NCBI GenBank assembly: GCA_964016885.1 | Contig: CAXHJY010001549.1 | Coordinates: 62,001-126,000, forward strand | DNA from: Eledone cirrhosa | Taxonomy: Eukaryota | Reading direction: 5' to 3' | Length of the DNA stretch: 64,000 nucleotides | In this document: piece by piece, positions 48,649 to 61,644 of the stretch | Layout: each line of letters opens with the position of its first letter | Numbering within the stretch: the first letter of the stretch is position 1 | Notes under the pieces: model-generated | Seen by the model: only the letters and a program-made list of their open reading frames with translations | The model's database searches: none | What the model was told of the DNA's origin: nothing | Program-made: the position numbers and the translations under genes

Positions 48649-49009
48649 TAATAATAATAATGATAATGAAATTATTGTGTAAAGTGCTCAGGTGCACTAC
48701 AACTCGTCAATATAGTACATAGAATAATACACAAATGCCAGGGAAGTACATGTTTGTATGTGTTAGCTGTAGTGTTGGCGGATCTCGGGAAGCATGGAGG
48801 CCTTAAAGGATGCAGTGTCTCGACAGCTAACAACTGATGCAGGTAGTTTGTTCCATGCTTCAGCAACTCTGAGCGTGAAAAAATGTTTCCGAAAGTCATG
48901 GGAACTGTGCTGTTTTCTTACTTTGTGGGCATGTCCACGTGTGTTAGACATATGGAAATCGAAAAGGCACTCAGGGTTGTTGTTGGCAACATGGTTAACA
49001 ATTTTGTGG
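48649..49009 (-). mobile_element. 5'-truncated CR1-clade LINE insertion with 6-bp target-site duplication
   Basis: SNTRGHAHKVRKQ...RKHFFTLRVAEAWNKLPASVV...SFK C-terminal CR1 motif, (ATT)n tail, ATCTTA at 48643-48648 and 49010-49015; empty site at ~53086. Confidence 0.92.
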
Positions 49010-49834
49010 ATCTTAGCAGAACACTCTCAATATCTCTAACTTAACCTCATTTTTTTCTTTTTTTGAAACAGTTCTACAGACTTGCCAACCTCTAAAAACC
49101 CCAACAGAGAGTACCATGAAAAAAAGTGCCCTAAAATGAGAAGAAATGAGGCAAAATGAAGAGATTTTACATAATGAAAGCTGTACCCCTTTCACCCACC
49201 CCAAAGTGGGTGGGAGATCCCGTCGGACAGGGAGAGTTGACAGGTCTGGTTCTATGTTCAATAAAGAGGAAACCTTTTCCCAATGGTATTTCTTCAGCTG
49301 AATCAATGGATAATATAATTTCCCATCACTCTACATTAGTGATTCCCAACATTAGGTGCACGCCCAACAGGGGAGCAATTTGAATATTTAAGGGGGCTAT
49401 TTCAAAATGATGTTAATGAGAACAAACATCAGTTTTTATTTATTACTTTTACACCAAGGCAACTTTGGTACACATTACTATCAGAAACTCCTGCCTCACC
49501 TCCTCCACATATGTTATTGCACAGTTGGCACCACTTATACACAAATTTGTTTACACTTTTCAGTTGATCATTGCTGTTTCCATACCAAAGAAGGATATAA
49601 CAATTTTTTAGATGTTGAGGTGGACAAGAGGTTAGAATTTCCCATTACTCTACATTACATATTGTAATATCCTGATATAACTTCTATTAATATTTTCAAT
49701 GTCACAAGTAGTTCCACACCTTTCTCAATTGTTTGAATATGATCCAGCTGTATAGATCTGATTAGCTGTTGGATATTGTCATGGAAATTTTGTACTTCCT
49801 ATTGTGAGTATTACTTAAGTAGAATTAGGTATGT

Positions 49835-50725
49835 AGCAGTGGTGGTATGGTGGTGGTGGTGTAGTGTGGTGGTGGTGTAGCGTGGTGGTGGTGTAGCGTG
49901 GTGGTGGTGTAGTGTGGTGGTGGTGGTGATGATGTGGTGGTAGTGGTGGTGTGTGTGATGTGGTGGTGGTGTGGTGGTGGTGTAGTGTGGTGGTGGTGGT
50001 GGTGTAGTGTGGTGGTGGTGTAGTGTGATGGTGGTGGTGATGTGGTCGTAGTGGTGTGGTGGTGGTGGTGTAGTAGTAGTGGTGTGGTGGTAGTGTAGTG
50101 TGTTGGTGTGGTAGTAGTGTAGTGTGGTAGTGTAGTGTGTTGGTGTGGTGTGTGTGATGTGGTGGTGTAGTGTGGTGATTTGGTGGGTGTGGTGTGGTGG
50201 TAGTGTAGTGTGTTGGTGTAGTGTGGTGGTAGTGTAGTGTGGTGGTAGTGTAGTGTGGTGGTGTAGTGTGTTGGTGGTGGTGTGTGTGATGTGGTGGTGT
50301 AGTGTGGTGATTTGGTGGGTGTGGTGTGGTGGTAGTGTAGTGTGTTGGTGTGGTGTGGTGGTAGTGTAGTGTGTTGGTGTGGTGATGTGGTGGTACTGGT
50401 GTGGTGATGTGGTGGTAGTGTAGTGTGTTGGTGTAGTGTGGTGGTAGTGTAGTGTGTTGGTGTGGTGATGTGGTGGTACTGGTGTGGTGATGTGGTGGTA
50501 GTGTAGTGTGTTGGTGTAGTGTGTTGGTGTGGTGATGTGGTGGTACTGGTGTGGTGATGTGGTGGTAGTGTAGTGTGTTGGTGTGGTGTGTTGGTGTGGT
50601 GGTACTGGTGTGGTGGTGTGGTGGTAGTGTAGTGTGTTGGTGTGGTGTGGTTGTGGTCTAGCGTGGTGGTGTAATGTGGTGGTGGTGGTGTGTGGTGTGT
50701 GATGTAGTTTGTTAGTGTGGTGGAC
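49835..50725. repeat. GT-rich low-complexity repeat (GTG/GTAGT/GTGTG mosaic), copy 1
   Basis: Directly visible; the partner copy at 53912-54758 differs in unit number. Confidence 0.9.
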
Positions 50726-50903
50726 TGACCAGATCATCAGCTTGCCTGATAGCAAGTGGGCCCCTCAGGGACCCACAGTAGAACTTTAGAGGCCAATGTA
50801 AAAATTTTGCTTTCAAAGAAAATATCAGAAGTCCTAGAGAAAGAATAAAAAATAAAACAAAACAAATAAAACAATTGAGAAAATAATACTTGACAGCCAG
50901 AAT

Positions 50904-50947
<44 letters not shown>

Positions 50948-51380
50948 ATATACATACATGAGGATTGCAGCGTCTTTAAGGGACTTTAACATCTGAAACC
51001 ACTTCACATTTAATTATTCTAAGTATACTCCGTCATTCCTCTGTGGAAAAAGTGCGTTCAGTGGTAGAAGTGAATTGCATCAATATTTACCGTGAGCATA
51101 TATACATATGTAATCATCATCATCATTGTTTAACATCTATTTTCTACGCTTGCATGGGTTAGACAGGTTGTCGCATTATTAAACAAGTCAGATCAAGAGA
51201 CCATGTCTTGCTCATATGGATCTGTATTTTGGCTTGGTTTCTACAGCTGGATCACCTTCCTAAAACTAACAAACACACACAAATATATATATATATATAT
51301 ATGTGTGTATATATACATATATATGCATAAATAAATATCTGTGTATATATATATATATATATACAGATATTTATTTATGC

Positions 51381-51413
<33 letters not shown>

Positions 51414-51445
51414 CAGATATTTATTTATGTATATATATATATATA

Positions 51446-51845
51446 TCTAAACTATAATAAAGGAAGGTCTGTGGGATTGCGTACAGTTTATTTTTTTTTA
51501 TCCCATTTGTAAAATAAGTTGGATTACTTTGAATAAATAATGAAGGAATATTACATAATTTATCTACTAAATTTTGTGGCTGTTCATTAAATATATTTTG
51601 TTTATTTAAAGATTCATTTCTGAAATGTTGGCCATCGCTTAAATTGTTTAATGTATCATGGATTACATTACTGATTACATAAGACAGTGTAATGCAGTCT
51701 TCGTTCAATTTCTATGTATTATATATTGTCAATTACGATTTTATTTGATGTATCATATCTACATGTATATATACTTGCGTATAATATCAATATACACACT
51801 ACACATGCTAGCAGAAAACCACCCGATGGGTGGTTTTTCTGCTAG
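51446..51845 (+). mobile_element. 400-bp non-autonomous Helitron, present only in duplication copy 2
   Basis: A|TCTAAACTATAATAAAG 5' end, subterminal hairpin, CTAG|T 3' end, inserted at an AT site. Confidence 0.8.
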
Positions 51846-52291
51846 TATACATAAATAAATATCTATATATATATAATGCATATAAATGTGTATATATATC
51901 TATAAATATACATATATACATGTGTATAAGCATATAAATATATACATATATTTCATACAATATATCTATACTTATAAATATACAAATATATATACACAAA
52001 CACACACATATATGTTTATATATATATATATATATAAATACTATACATACATATCTATTTCTCTCTGTGTATATAACTCTCTCTTTCCAACACTGTTTCT
52101 TTGTCTCTCTCTCACTGACTTTCAACCTTCCAATTAAATAAATAAGTTGCATGGAACCTACAATTTCTGTTCTCTCCTGGTTGTAAATCCATGTACATCA
52201 ATAAAGTTTGGTAGAAATTATCAAACAAGATGGAAGACTTTTGAGTGAGAGAAAGAAAGATAGACAAAGACAGGGTGGGAGGCATAAAGTT

Positions 52292-52327
<36 letters not shown>

Positions 52328-53911
52328 GGGGGGGTGTAACAGTATAAAATTCCAGGAGTGTTTCAGAAAATATAGACAATATGAGGAAACAACTTAAATA
52401 ATTCAGTGGATGTTTTTTTTTTTATTTATCTAATAATTTTCAATGTCAGTATAGAACTAGCAAGCTTTGAGAGACAATGGGCGGTATCAAGAACCTTTTA
52501 AAGATAAAACACAAAAACGAGATAGACAGAGAAATAAAGGGAGAGGCAATTGGGAGCCAAAAGAAGTATAAATAAAATATAAAAAAGTGAAAACAAGAGT
52601 AGCTCTAGAAAAGCTAAAAGTTTCTCTTGCTGAATCCATGTACTGAAATATCTTGTTTATAGTTGGTAAATCTTGACTATATATTATCTTAAAGCTTCAT
52701 TATATTTTTAAGATGTCCTCTCTCTCACTAGTAGTTTCTACATTGGAATAAATAGTGCCAAAGAGTTTCTGGGCAGTCACCATGATAAAATAAATTTCAA
52801 CAGTATATATCCAGTTCGAAGCCAGCATAGTATTTGTTTATTAATATTGTTCGATGTCTAATATGTTTTAAATGTTAGCTAAAATTTCAGAGCTTATATC
52901 TCAAGATTCTTCTCAAAATTTTCCTACCCATGACTAATTATATTTTTGCTAAATGATTTCACTAGCAATAGATTTGGGATGTAGTCTATTATTTCCCTTT
53001 ATCTGTTTTCATATATCTCCTAATATATTAATGGTCTAGTATTTAAATCATTGTTATTTATGATTTTCTGAAGGATAATTATCTAATCTTAGCAGAACAC
53101 TCTCAATATCTCTAACTTAACCTCATTTTTTTCTTTTTTTGAAACAGTTCTACAGACCTGCCAACCTCTAAAAACCCCAACAGAGAGTACCATGAAAAAA
53201 AGTGCCCTAAAATGAGAAGAAATGAGGGAAAATGAAGAGATTTTACATAATGAAAGCTGTACCCCTTTCACCCACCCCAAAGTGGGTGGGAGATCCCGTC
53301 GGACAGGGAGAGTTGACAGGTCTGGTTCTATGTTCAATAAAGAGGAAACCTTTTCCCAATGGTATTTCTTCAGCTGAATCAATGGATAATATAATTTCCC
53401 ATCACTCTACATTAGTGATTCCCAACATTAGGTGCACGCCCAACAGGGGAGCAATTTGAATATTTAAGGGGGCTATTTCAAAATGATGTTAATGAGAACA
53501 AACATCAGTTTTTATTTATTACTTTTACACCAAGGCAACTTTGGTACACATTACTATCAGAAACTCCTGCCTCACCTCCTCCACATATGTTATTGCACAG
53601 TTGGCACCACTTATACACAAATTTGTTTACACTTTGCAGTTGATCATTGCTGTTTCCATACCAAAGAAGGATATAACAATTTTTTAGATGTTGAGGTGGA
53701 CAAGAGGTTAGAATTTCCCATTACTCTACATTATATATTGTAATATCCTGATATAACTTCTATTAATATTTTCAATGTCACAAGTAGTTCCACACCTTTC
53801 TCAATTGTTTGAATATGATCCAGCTGTATAGATCTGATTAGCTGTTGGATATTGTCATGGAAATTTTGTACTTCCTATTGTGAGTATTAGTTAAGTAGAA
53901 TTAGGTATGTA

Positions 53912-54758
53912 GCAGTGGTGGTATGGTGGTGGTGGTGTAGTGTGGTGGTGGTGTAGCGTGGTGGTGGTGTAGCGTGGTGGTGGTGTAGTGTGGTGGTGGT
54001 GGTGATGATGTGGTGGTAGTGGTGGTGTGTGTGATGTGGTGGTGGTGTGGTGGTGGTGTAGTGTGGTGGTGGTGGTGGTGTAGTGTGGTGGTGGTGTAGT
54101 GTGATGGTGGTGGTGATGTGGTCGTAGTGGTGTGGTGGTGGTGGTGTAGTAGTAGTGGTGTGGTGGTAGTGTAGTGTGTTGGTGTGGTGGTAGTGTAGTG
54201 TGGTAGTGTAGTGTGTTGGTGTGGTGTGTGTGATGTGGTGGTGTAGTGTGGTGATTTGGTGGGTGTGGTGTGGTGTGGTGGTAGTGTAGTGTGTTGGTGT
54301 AGTGTGGTGGTAGTGTAGTGTGGTGGTGTAGTGTGTTGGTGGTGTTGTGTGTGATGTGGTGGTGTAGTGTGGTGATTTGGTGGGTGTGGTGTGGTGGTAG
54401 TGTAGTGTGTTGGTGTGGTGTGGTGGTAGTGTAGTGTGTTGATGTGGTGGTACTGGTGTGGTGATGTGGTGGTAGTGTAGTGTGTTGGTGTAGTGTGGTG
54501 GTAGTGTAGTGTGTTGGTGTGGTGATGTGGTGGTACTGGTGTGGTGATGTGGTGGTAGTGTAGTGTGTTGGTGTAGTGTGTTGGTGTGGTGATGTGGTGG
54601 TAGTGTAGTGTGTTGGTGTGGTGTGTTGGTGTGGTGGTACTGGTGTGGTGATGTGGTGGTAGTGTAGTGTGTTGGTGTGGTGTGGTTGTGGTCTAGCGTG
54701 GTGGTGTAATGTGGTGGTGGTGGTGTGTGGTGTGTGATGTAGTTTGTTAGTGTGGTGG
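53912..54758. repeat. GT-rich low-complexity repeat, copy 2
   Basis: Duplicate of 49835-50725. Confidence 0.9.
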
Positions 54759-54938
54759 ACTGACCAGATCATCAGCTTGCCTGATAGCAAGTGGGCCCCT
54801 CAGGGACCCACAGTAGAACTTTAGAGGCCAATGTAAAAATTTTGCTTTCAAAGAAAATATCAGAAGTCCTAGAGAAAGAATAAAAAATAAAACAAAACAA
54901 ATAAAACAATTGAGAAAATAATACTTGACAGCCAGAAT

Positions 54939-54971
<33 letters not shown>

Positions 54972-54986
54972 GACACATATACATAC

Positions 54987-55320
54987 ATGAGGATTGCAGC
55001 GTCTTCACAGACGATTGCCGTCTCTTATTGATTCTTCATTCTCATCCCATCCACGTCCATGACTTTGTAGACCAGCTGTAGATCTGCATGTTTATGACAC
55101 AAGTGACAGGCGAGGGTTGTGCTTTCCACAGCCACAGGAAAAATCGAAAAATTCAAAACTCGTATTTATAACATCACTATGATCATCCTAAATATTCTAA
55201 ATACTTTTTATTGTTGTTTTTGTCATGGTGATTGTCGTTCCCATTGACCAAAACAGTGGTAAACATGTCAATAATTAGTATTAGAACTATACACAGAGAC
55301 TACAAAATCAACCAATCAGA
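54987..55320 (-). promoter_or_regulatory. Candidate promoter and non-coding first exon of the PLAT-like gene
   Basis: Unique, relatively CpG-containing sequence ending in a CAT|GTATGT donor at 54987; AACCAATCAG (CCAAT box) at ~55310-55319; no long ORF. Linkage to the gene is inferred. Confidence 0.3.
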
Positions 55321-55610
55321 AAACGGATACATCTACTACTAGAACCTAATACCTAACTCTCCATACTACTAGAACCTAATACCTAACTCTCCATACCCTA
55401 CTCCAATTCCTCTGTCTTTGTCGGCTCTGTTGCCAGGACCACGATTTCGAGACCCAGTCCTTTCACATCGCCTCCCATTTCATCCAGCATGGATACCAAC
55501 GGTTCTTTGTGTCCAACCCTCCTTCACATGCACCTCCACCCACATAGTCTATGTTACATACATTTATATATATATACATAGTGAGATTATATGCATATAC
55601 ACATACATAT

Positions 55611-56010
55611 GGAGGCACATGGCTTAGTGGTTAGAGCATTGGGCTTGCAATCGAAAGGTTGTGAGTTCAATTCTCAGACCGGGTTATGTGTTGTTTCCTT
55701 GAGCAAGACACTTTATTTCACATTGCTCCAGTTTACTCAGCTGTAGAAATGAGATGATAGGGACTGGGGTCCCTATCATTCCACTGTAAAGTGGTCGTGG
55801 AGGTGCCACGGCAAAAAAGCACCCAACACTCACTGTAAATGAGGTTGGTGTTAGGAAGGGTATCCAGCTGTAGAAATCAATCCAGAATCAGTTCCCGTAT
55901 GAGCAAGACAAGGTCAGCTGACTGGTCACTGCCCACAACTGGACAACCCATCTAACCCATGCTAGCATGGAAGAACGGACGTAAAAACGGTGATGATGAT
56001 GATGATGATA
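55611..56010 (+). mobile_element. tRNA-derived CORE-like SINE (same head/body, alternative 3' segment, (GAT)n tail)
   Basis: Matches 483-770, then diverges; ends CATGCTAGCATGGAAGAACGGACGTAAAA(…GAT)n. Confidence 0.88.
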
Positions 56011-56199
56011 CATGCATGTAAAGGCTGACTAATAATACAAAGTCAAACATTCAATACTCAATATTTAAACAATATAAATAAAAATATGGAAAGCTCTAAC
56101 CTTATACATGAGGCAAGTTAGTGGAACTGGGAGTATACGAAAATCGTATTAATTCATCGCATATATATATATGGCAAGTGTAAAATAAGTTGGCTGGAA

Positions 56200-57005
56200 T
56201 TTTCAGACGACATGGTATTACTTAACTCGACAGAAGATGATTTCTAAATTGCACTTGATAGGTTTGATGCTGAGTGCTGCACGGCTGGAATGAAAATCAG
56301 TGCTGTGAAAACAGAGACATTCGTCCCCTCAAAGAAGCCTGCGCAGTGCACTCTACATGTAAATGTAGTTCCACTGAAGCAGATAGAGAATTTCAAGTAT
56401 TTTGGGGTCGTGTTCACAAGTCATGGAAGGCAGGATGCAGAAATAAGTGCAAAAACTGCAGGAGCTGGAGCACAAATGCACCAGCTTCAGCATTCGGTAA
56501 TCAGAAGGGAGATAGGATTAAACGCCAAATTCGCTATCTTCAATTCAGTATTTGTACCAACCCTTACCTATGGTTATGAATCTTGGGTAATGAGTGAATG
56601 AATACAATCGCGAATACAAGTGGCCGAAATGGGATTCCTCCGAAGGGTCTTTGGAGTAATGTTACTCAATAGAGTGCGTAGCACAGAGATCAGAGCGTCA
56701 CTCCAGATAGAGCCACTACTTCTCCAAATTGAGAGATCACGGCTCTGATACTATGAGCATGTGTTTAGAATGTGTCAGGAAAGAGTCGCTCGACAGATTT
56801 TATGGGTAAAAACCAACCGGCAGGAGACCCAAGGGTAGACCTCGAACAAGATGGTCAGATAACATCCAAGAGCTTGACTGGTCTCACTTGGGGATCCAAC
56901 CAGATCAGTTTGAGATGGTTGCTTCTGACAGGACCTGCTGGAAGGAGTTTTTGAGGACTCTGCCCCCATGACCCTCTCAGGAATAAGGGAGTGAAGAAGA
57001 AGAAA
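56200..57005 (+). mobile_element. RTE-clade LINE 3' portion (decayed ORF2 C-terminus)
   Basis: LKQIENFKYFGVVF...IFNSVFVPTLTYGYESW...AEMGFLRR; the 3' end CCCTCTCAGGAATAAG-(GAA)n is shared with 11510-11815(-), 14455-14697(+) and 63025-63130(-). Confidence 0.88.
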
Positions 57006-57404
57006 AAGACATATATATATATATACATATTTATATACATATACACATATATACATATTCATATACACATATTTATATACATATATACATATTTATATAC
57101 ATATATTATATACACACACATATATACATATTCATATACACAATTTTATATACATATATACATATCATCATCATCATCATCATCATTTTACGTCCGCTTT
57201 TTCCCTGCTTGCAAGGGTGGGACGGGAACTGATATATATATATATTATAACTGACATATATATATACACATAATTATATACATATAATTATACACATAAT
57301 TATATACATATAATTATATACATATAATTATATACATATATATATAATTATATACATAATTATATACATCTATTATGCACTCATATATATATATATACAT
57401 ATAT

Positions 57405-57448
<44 letters not shown>

Positions 57449-57527
57449 TCAGATAGGGAGTGGTAAAATACCAAGAGGACCATAACCCACCAGAGTACTC
57501 GACACTTGGGGGTAGTAGAGTGGGTAA

Positions 57528-57660
57528 TATGAAAACATTCAGGTTGAGCTCCCGACGGTTGAGCTCCGGCCATTTTGACAGCTATATCTGAACTGAAGCA
57601 CACACACATTCCTCCAAGTGCCACCAAGAGCTCAGCCGTCAGGTCCTGAATCTTTTCATA
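57528..57660. mobile_element. Small MITE-like inverted repeat element
   Basis: TATGAAAACATTCAGG..CGACGGTTGAGCTC versus GAGCTCAGCCGTCAGGTCCTGAATCTTTTCATA. Confidence 0.55.
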
Positions 57661-57699
57661 TATATATATATATATATATGTCTCAAAAACATGAGTTTA

Positions 57700-59038
57700 T
57701 CTATATATATAAAATGTCTGTCTGTGTGTCTGTTTCCCTAAAACTCGAGAAGTACCCGACCGTTTTTTTTTCAACCTTTACACATGTAACCCGTATGGCC
57801 CCAGAAGTGTTTTGAGCAAAAAAAATTTCAAATTATTCTGACCTAGGGATCGAATTAGTGAAGTGGCCAATGTCTGTACATAATGAGGGAGTGAGAGGGG
57901 AGAGAAAGAAACGGAGAGGCGAAGTGAAGAAGTGGCTCTCTACTCCTCCTCCTCCTCCTCCTTCTCCCCATTCGTCACAGCGTTTTTCGATAGAGGGGAG
58001 AAATGTGAACGAGTTACAGAGAGAAAGAGTGAGAGTGAAAGAAACAGACAGACTAAAAGAGGGGGATAGCGGGAGAGAGAGTGACAGACGCCGTCTTTTG
58101 AGAGTTGTATGCGTCAAAGCTACATGACAGTGGAATAACTATTCTGTGTGTGTGTACGTGCGTGTGTGTGTACGTGTGCGTTTGCATGCGTGAGTGTGTA
58201 TGTGTGCGTGAGTGATTATAAACTCTCTCACATGGTCTGATGGAATTAACCCTTTAGCCTTTACATTACTCTATATATACTATATTATTATCATGGTAAA
58301 GGCTTTATCTCATATAATATAAAAATCTCATACATTTAATATTATTTATTTTGAGAACAATAGCTTAACCCTTTAGTATTCATGTGAGTGAGTTATAAAG
58401 AGAAAGAGTGAGAGTGAAAGAAACAGACAGACTAAAAGAGGGGGATATAGCAGGAGAGAGAGAGAGATGCTGGAAGAGGGGAAGGAAAGCTATAAGTAAT
58501 TAATGCGTGTGCGTGTGTTCGCGCAGGGTTCCATTATGAGTTAAATCTATTATCATGTGTGTGTGTGAGTTTGCGTGCGTTTCTGCATTTGTGTGCTTCA
58601 GTGTGTGTAACAAATATATTAACAAATATATATATATATATATATAGTGTGAAACGTTTTTCAAAATATTTACTTCTGCGTTCACAGATTGACTTTTTTT
58701 TAATTTCAGAAGATCCGGTTAAGGGTGAAAGCAGCGATTCTTTGCTTAAACTTTAATCTGTTATTTTAATATATATATATATATATATAATTATATATTC
58801 GTGTACAGATATTTTTGCATAGACAATAACAAAATATATTTATTTCACGAGGCTCGATAAGGATAAATATATATCAAATATATATATAATTATATATTCA
58901 TGTACAGATATTTTTGCATATACAATAACAAAATATAAATAAACGTATTTATTTCACGAGGCTCAATAAGGATAAATATATATCAAATATATAAGAACCC
59001 TAGAGCAAATCCCAAATAACGCCGGGCCATTCTGCTAG
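57700..59038 (+). mobile_element. ~1.3-kb non-autonomous Helitron containing a nested piggyBac-like MITE remnant
   Basis: A|TCTATATATATAAAA 5' end; degenerate hairpin CCC...CGCCGGG then CTGCTAG|T 3' end; MITE remnant ~58246-58380; internal duplications at 58017/58399 and 58790/58881. Confidence 0.72.
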
Positions 59039-59434
59039 TATATTATATTTCAACAAAATATTTTGATTTTACAATAGTGCATGTCATAAAAGGCAACCAA
59101 AAGGACTGGTGTCAGAAAGGGCTACAAAACATTGTCTCAAGCCATCTTGTCAAATCCATGACAGCATGGAAAAGTGGCTGTAAAAATTACGATGATGGGA
59201 AAAGTGGCTGTAAAAATTACGATGATGATGATTATATCTATATTTGAACCATGTGATGTTTCTGGTGGTAAATGATATATTCATCATCATTATCATCGTT
59301 TAACGTCCATTTTCCACGCTAGCATGGGTCTGGACGAGGACGGGTGATAAATATACAAGCTTCACTTTGTGTACAAGCACACCTCTATTTCCATTTGCCA
59401 ATCAATCATTGGTTAAACACCAATGCGTTTAATG

Positions 59435-60810
59435 TTATAATACATTTTCTGATATTAGTTTCATAGAGAGGCACTTGTCTAAATGCTTATTAATAAGAAT
59501 TTCAGGAATGTGTTTTTTACAAACAGGACAAGAGACATTTGCCTCATCAGAGTCGTCAGAATCATAAGAATTGTCAATGATAATGGGGTTAGCATTATTA
59601 CTGCCACTCGCTGTCAATTGGTTTGATGTTCCACCACAATCAAAAAAGTCTTTAATGGAAGAGTTATTTAAAAAAGGTGAACTTTTCGAAGTAGAATGAT
59701 GAGAGCTTGTTCTACTTTTAGTGGACGTTGGGTCAGAATTTGATAAAGTGGATTGAAGTTTAGGGCTTTTTTTCCCATCTGTTGTTGATAATTTTCTATG
59801 TTTGTGTGGGTTATGCAAAGATGAATTTGAAAAGCTATTATGTTCTTTACTAACAGATGAAGTAAAAGATTCAGGTACAGACGTTTCGGTTTTCTTCTTT
59901 GAGGGTGATAAACTTTTTAGTTGCTCATCAGAAAGCAAAGATGTATTTTGTTTCATTTCATCATTAACAATTAACTCAGATAGTAATTTGGATTCAACAG
60001 GAAGTTTACTATTTGTGTCTTTTGAAGAACTGAATAATTTAGAAATGTCCAACTTGTTAGTGTTCTTATGATTAGGGATTGGTTTTATTGCACCCTTTTT
60101 ATCTTTAGAAACTAGCGAGCCTCTTTTATCTTTAGAAATGGTGGAACATTTGTTATCCTTAGAAACTAAGGAACTTTTTTCCAAGAATGAGATACTATTT
60201 TTTTTCTCTAAAACTTTAAGAGCATTTGAAGTAATTTGTCTACCATCTGGGGGACTTGAAATTTTTAGTTGTGTGGATGTAGTGTTTTGATTTTGAATTC
60301 TTTTAAAAGAATGGGCTATGTCTTTTTCATTTACTTTCAGTTTATTTCTTATTATTTCTGGTGTGATTTGTGGAGGCTGGCTTTCACTTACATCTAGATG
60401 TTTCTTCTTTACATATTTAAGGCCAGATTCTTTTTCATGTTCTCTTTTCTTTGTTTGTGTCAATGAACTATGCCCGTGAGTCTGAGACATTAACCTGCGT
60501 TCAAGTCTCTCTTTATGAAGCTGACCCAGAAAGTTATTCATAGTTGACTGACTCACACCATTACCAACAGCTTTAGTGTCTTTAGAGAAACTTGCTGATG
60601 ATCCCAGGGTATTACGTGGAGATGAGGTAGAGCTTGTTTTCTTAGTAACTACTGAAGTGTTGTAGTCCTTTAATGGAGACTGGATGCTTGGTTTATTTGA
60701 TGAACTTTTCTTAGACTTGTTTGTAAATTTAGATATCACTGTTGGTTTTGGATGATTCAAAATATACTTTTTCTTAATCATTGCCAAAAGATTTCCATTC
60801 TTTGAAGAAG
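59435..60810 (-). CDS. SPRTN: SPRTN last coding exon: long basic Ser/Lys-rich tail, PIP-like boxes, C-terminal UBZ4 zinc finger
   Basis: TTCAATGTAG acceptor in phase 1 joins the previous exon in frame; 450+ codon ORF ending VSCPVCKKHIPEILINKHLDKCL (UBZ4 CxxC...HxDxC); QSTMNNFL PIP-like motif. Confidence 0.93.
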
Positions 60811-61122
60811 CTACATTGAAGTGAAAGAGTGAAAACAGGTTAATATTTAAAAGAAGTATTCAACAAATTAAAAACTAAAAACATTTATGATTTTTTTTTT
60901 GGACAACATAATATTAACTGGCATTTATCTGTTGCATTCTTTTCAATGTGATTCCTAGGGTCCCGATAGGTTTAAGTCATTTGACAACTGCTTGTTGATT
61001 ACAGGAACATTTGCCACATAGGCTTCCGTAGGTGCACATTGTTTAGAAATTACTTATTGCTGAAAAGTTGGTTACATAAGAACACTTCACCATCATATCA
61101 CAGAAGTATGGAACCAAGTGTA

Positions 61123-61635
61123 CCGTATGTGCCGGTGTACAAGTCGACATTTGGAGCTTAAAAATATCTCTCCAAAACCAGGGGTCGACTTGTCCGCCGA
61201 ATATAAAATGCGAACCTTTACCACTGAGGGTTAAACAATGAAACTGCCTGCCTAACACTCGTTGTACACCACTTATCATAACTCTAGCAGCCCACCACAA
61301 CTATTTCCTACTGAATCTCATATTTGTTAAGTCTATTTAACGTAGAGATTATATGACTTGATGTAGCTCATAAAGTAGGTTACCATAGGTTCATTAAGGT
61401 TAGGCTGGGCTGGTTATTCAGTGAGAACACACTTGCAACTGAAATATTTTAGAAAAAAATGTCTTAGCCTTTAAAACCACTAAATTTTTGGAATTATTTC
61501 CCCTCCAACTGCCTCTTTTTTTTTTGTGTGTGTGTGTGGTGGGGGGGGGGGGGGGGTCTAAACCTAAATTACACCTCAGAATTTTAGGGCGGGTCAACCT
61601 ATGCGCCGGATCAACTTGTATGCCGGCATATACGG
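61123..61635. mobile_element. Tc2/pogo-like non-autonomous DNA transposon in the SPRTN intron
   Basis: TA|CCGTATGTGCCGGTGTACAAGT ... ACTTGTATGCCGGCATATACGG|TA inverted termini. Confidence 0.8.
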
Positions 61636-61644
61636 TATATACCT

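Larger units (their letters stand above)
46930..55005 (+). repeat. Tandem segmental duplication, copy 1 ~46930-50975, copy 2 ~50980-55005
   Basis: Both copies start GGACTTTAACATCTGAAACC and end GAGGATTGCAGCGTCTT; unique parts differ by scattered substitutions only; duplicated ORFs in the track. Confidence 0.96.

Noticed and set aside
49290-49810. Possible exon or pseudogene in the unique part of the duplicated block
   Set aside because: Stops in all six frames and no recognisable motif, despite a GTGAGT at 49804
49811-54790. His/Thr-rich minus-strand ORFs (314 and 299 aa)
   Set aside because: Low-complexity repeat translations; the two copies differ by frame-shifting unit changes; no ATG or splice support
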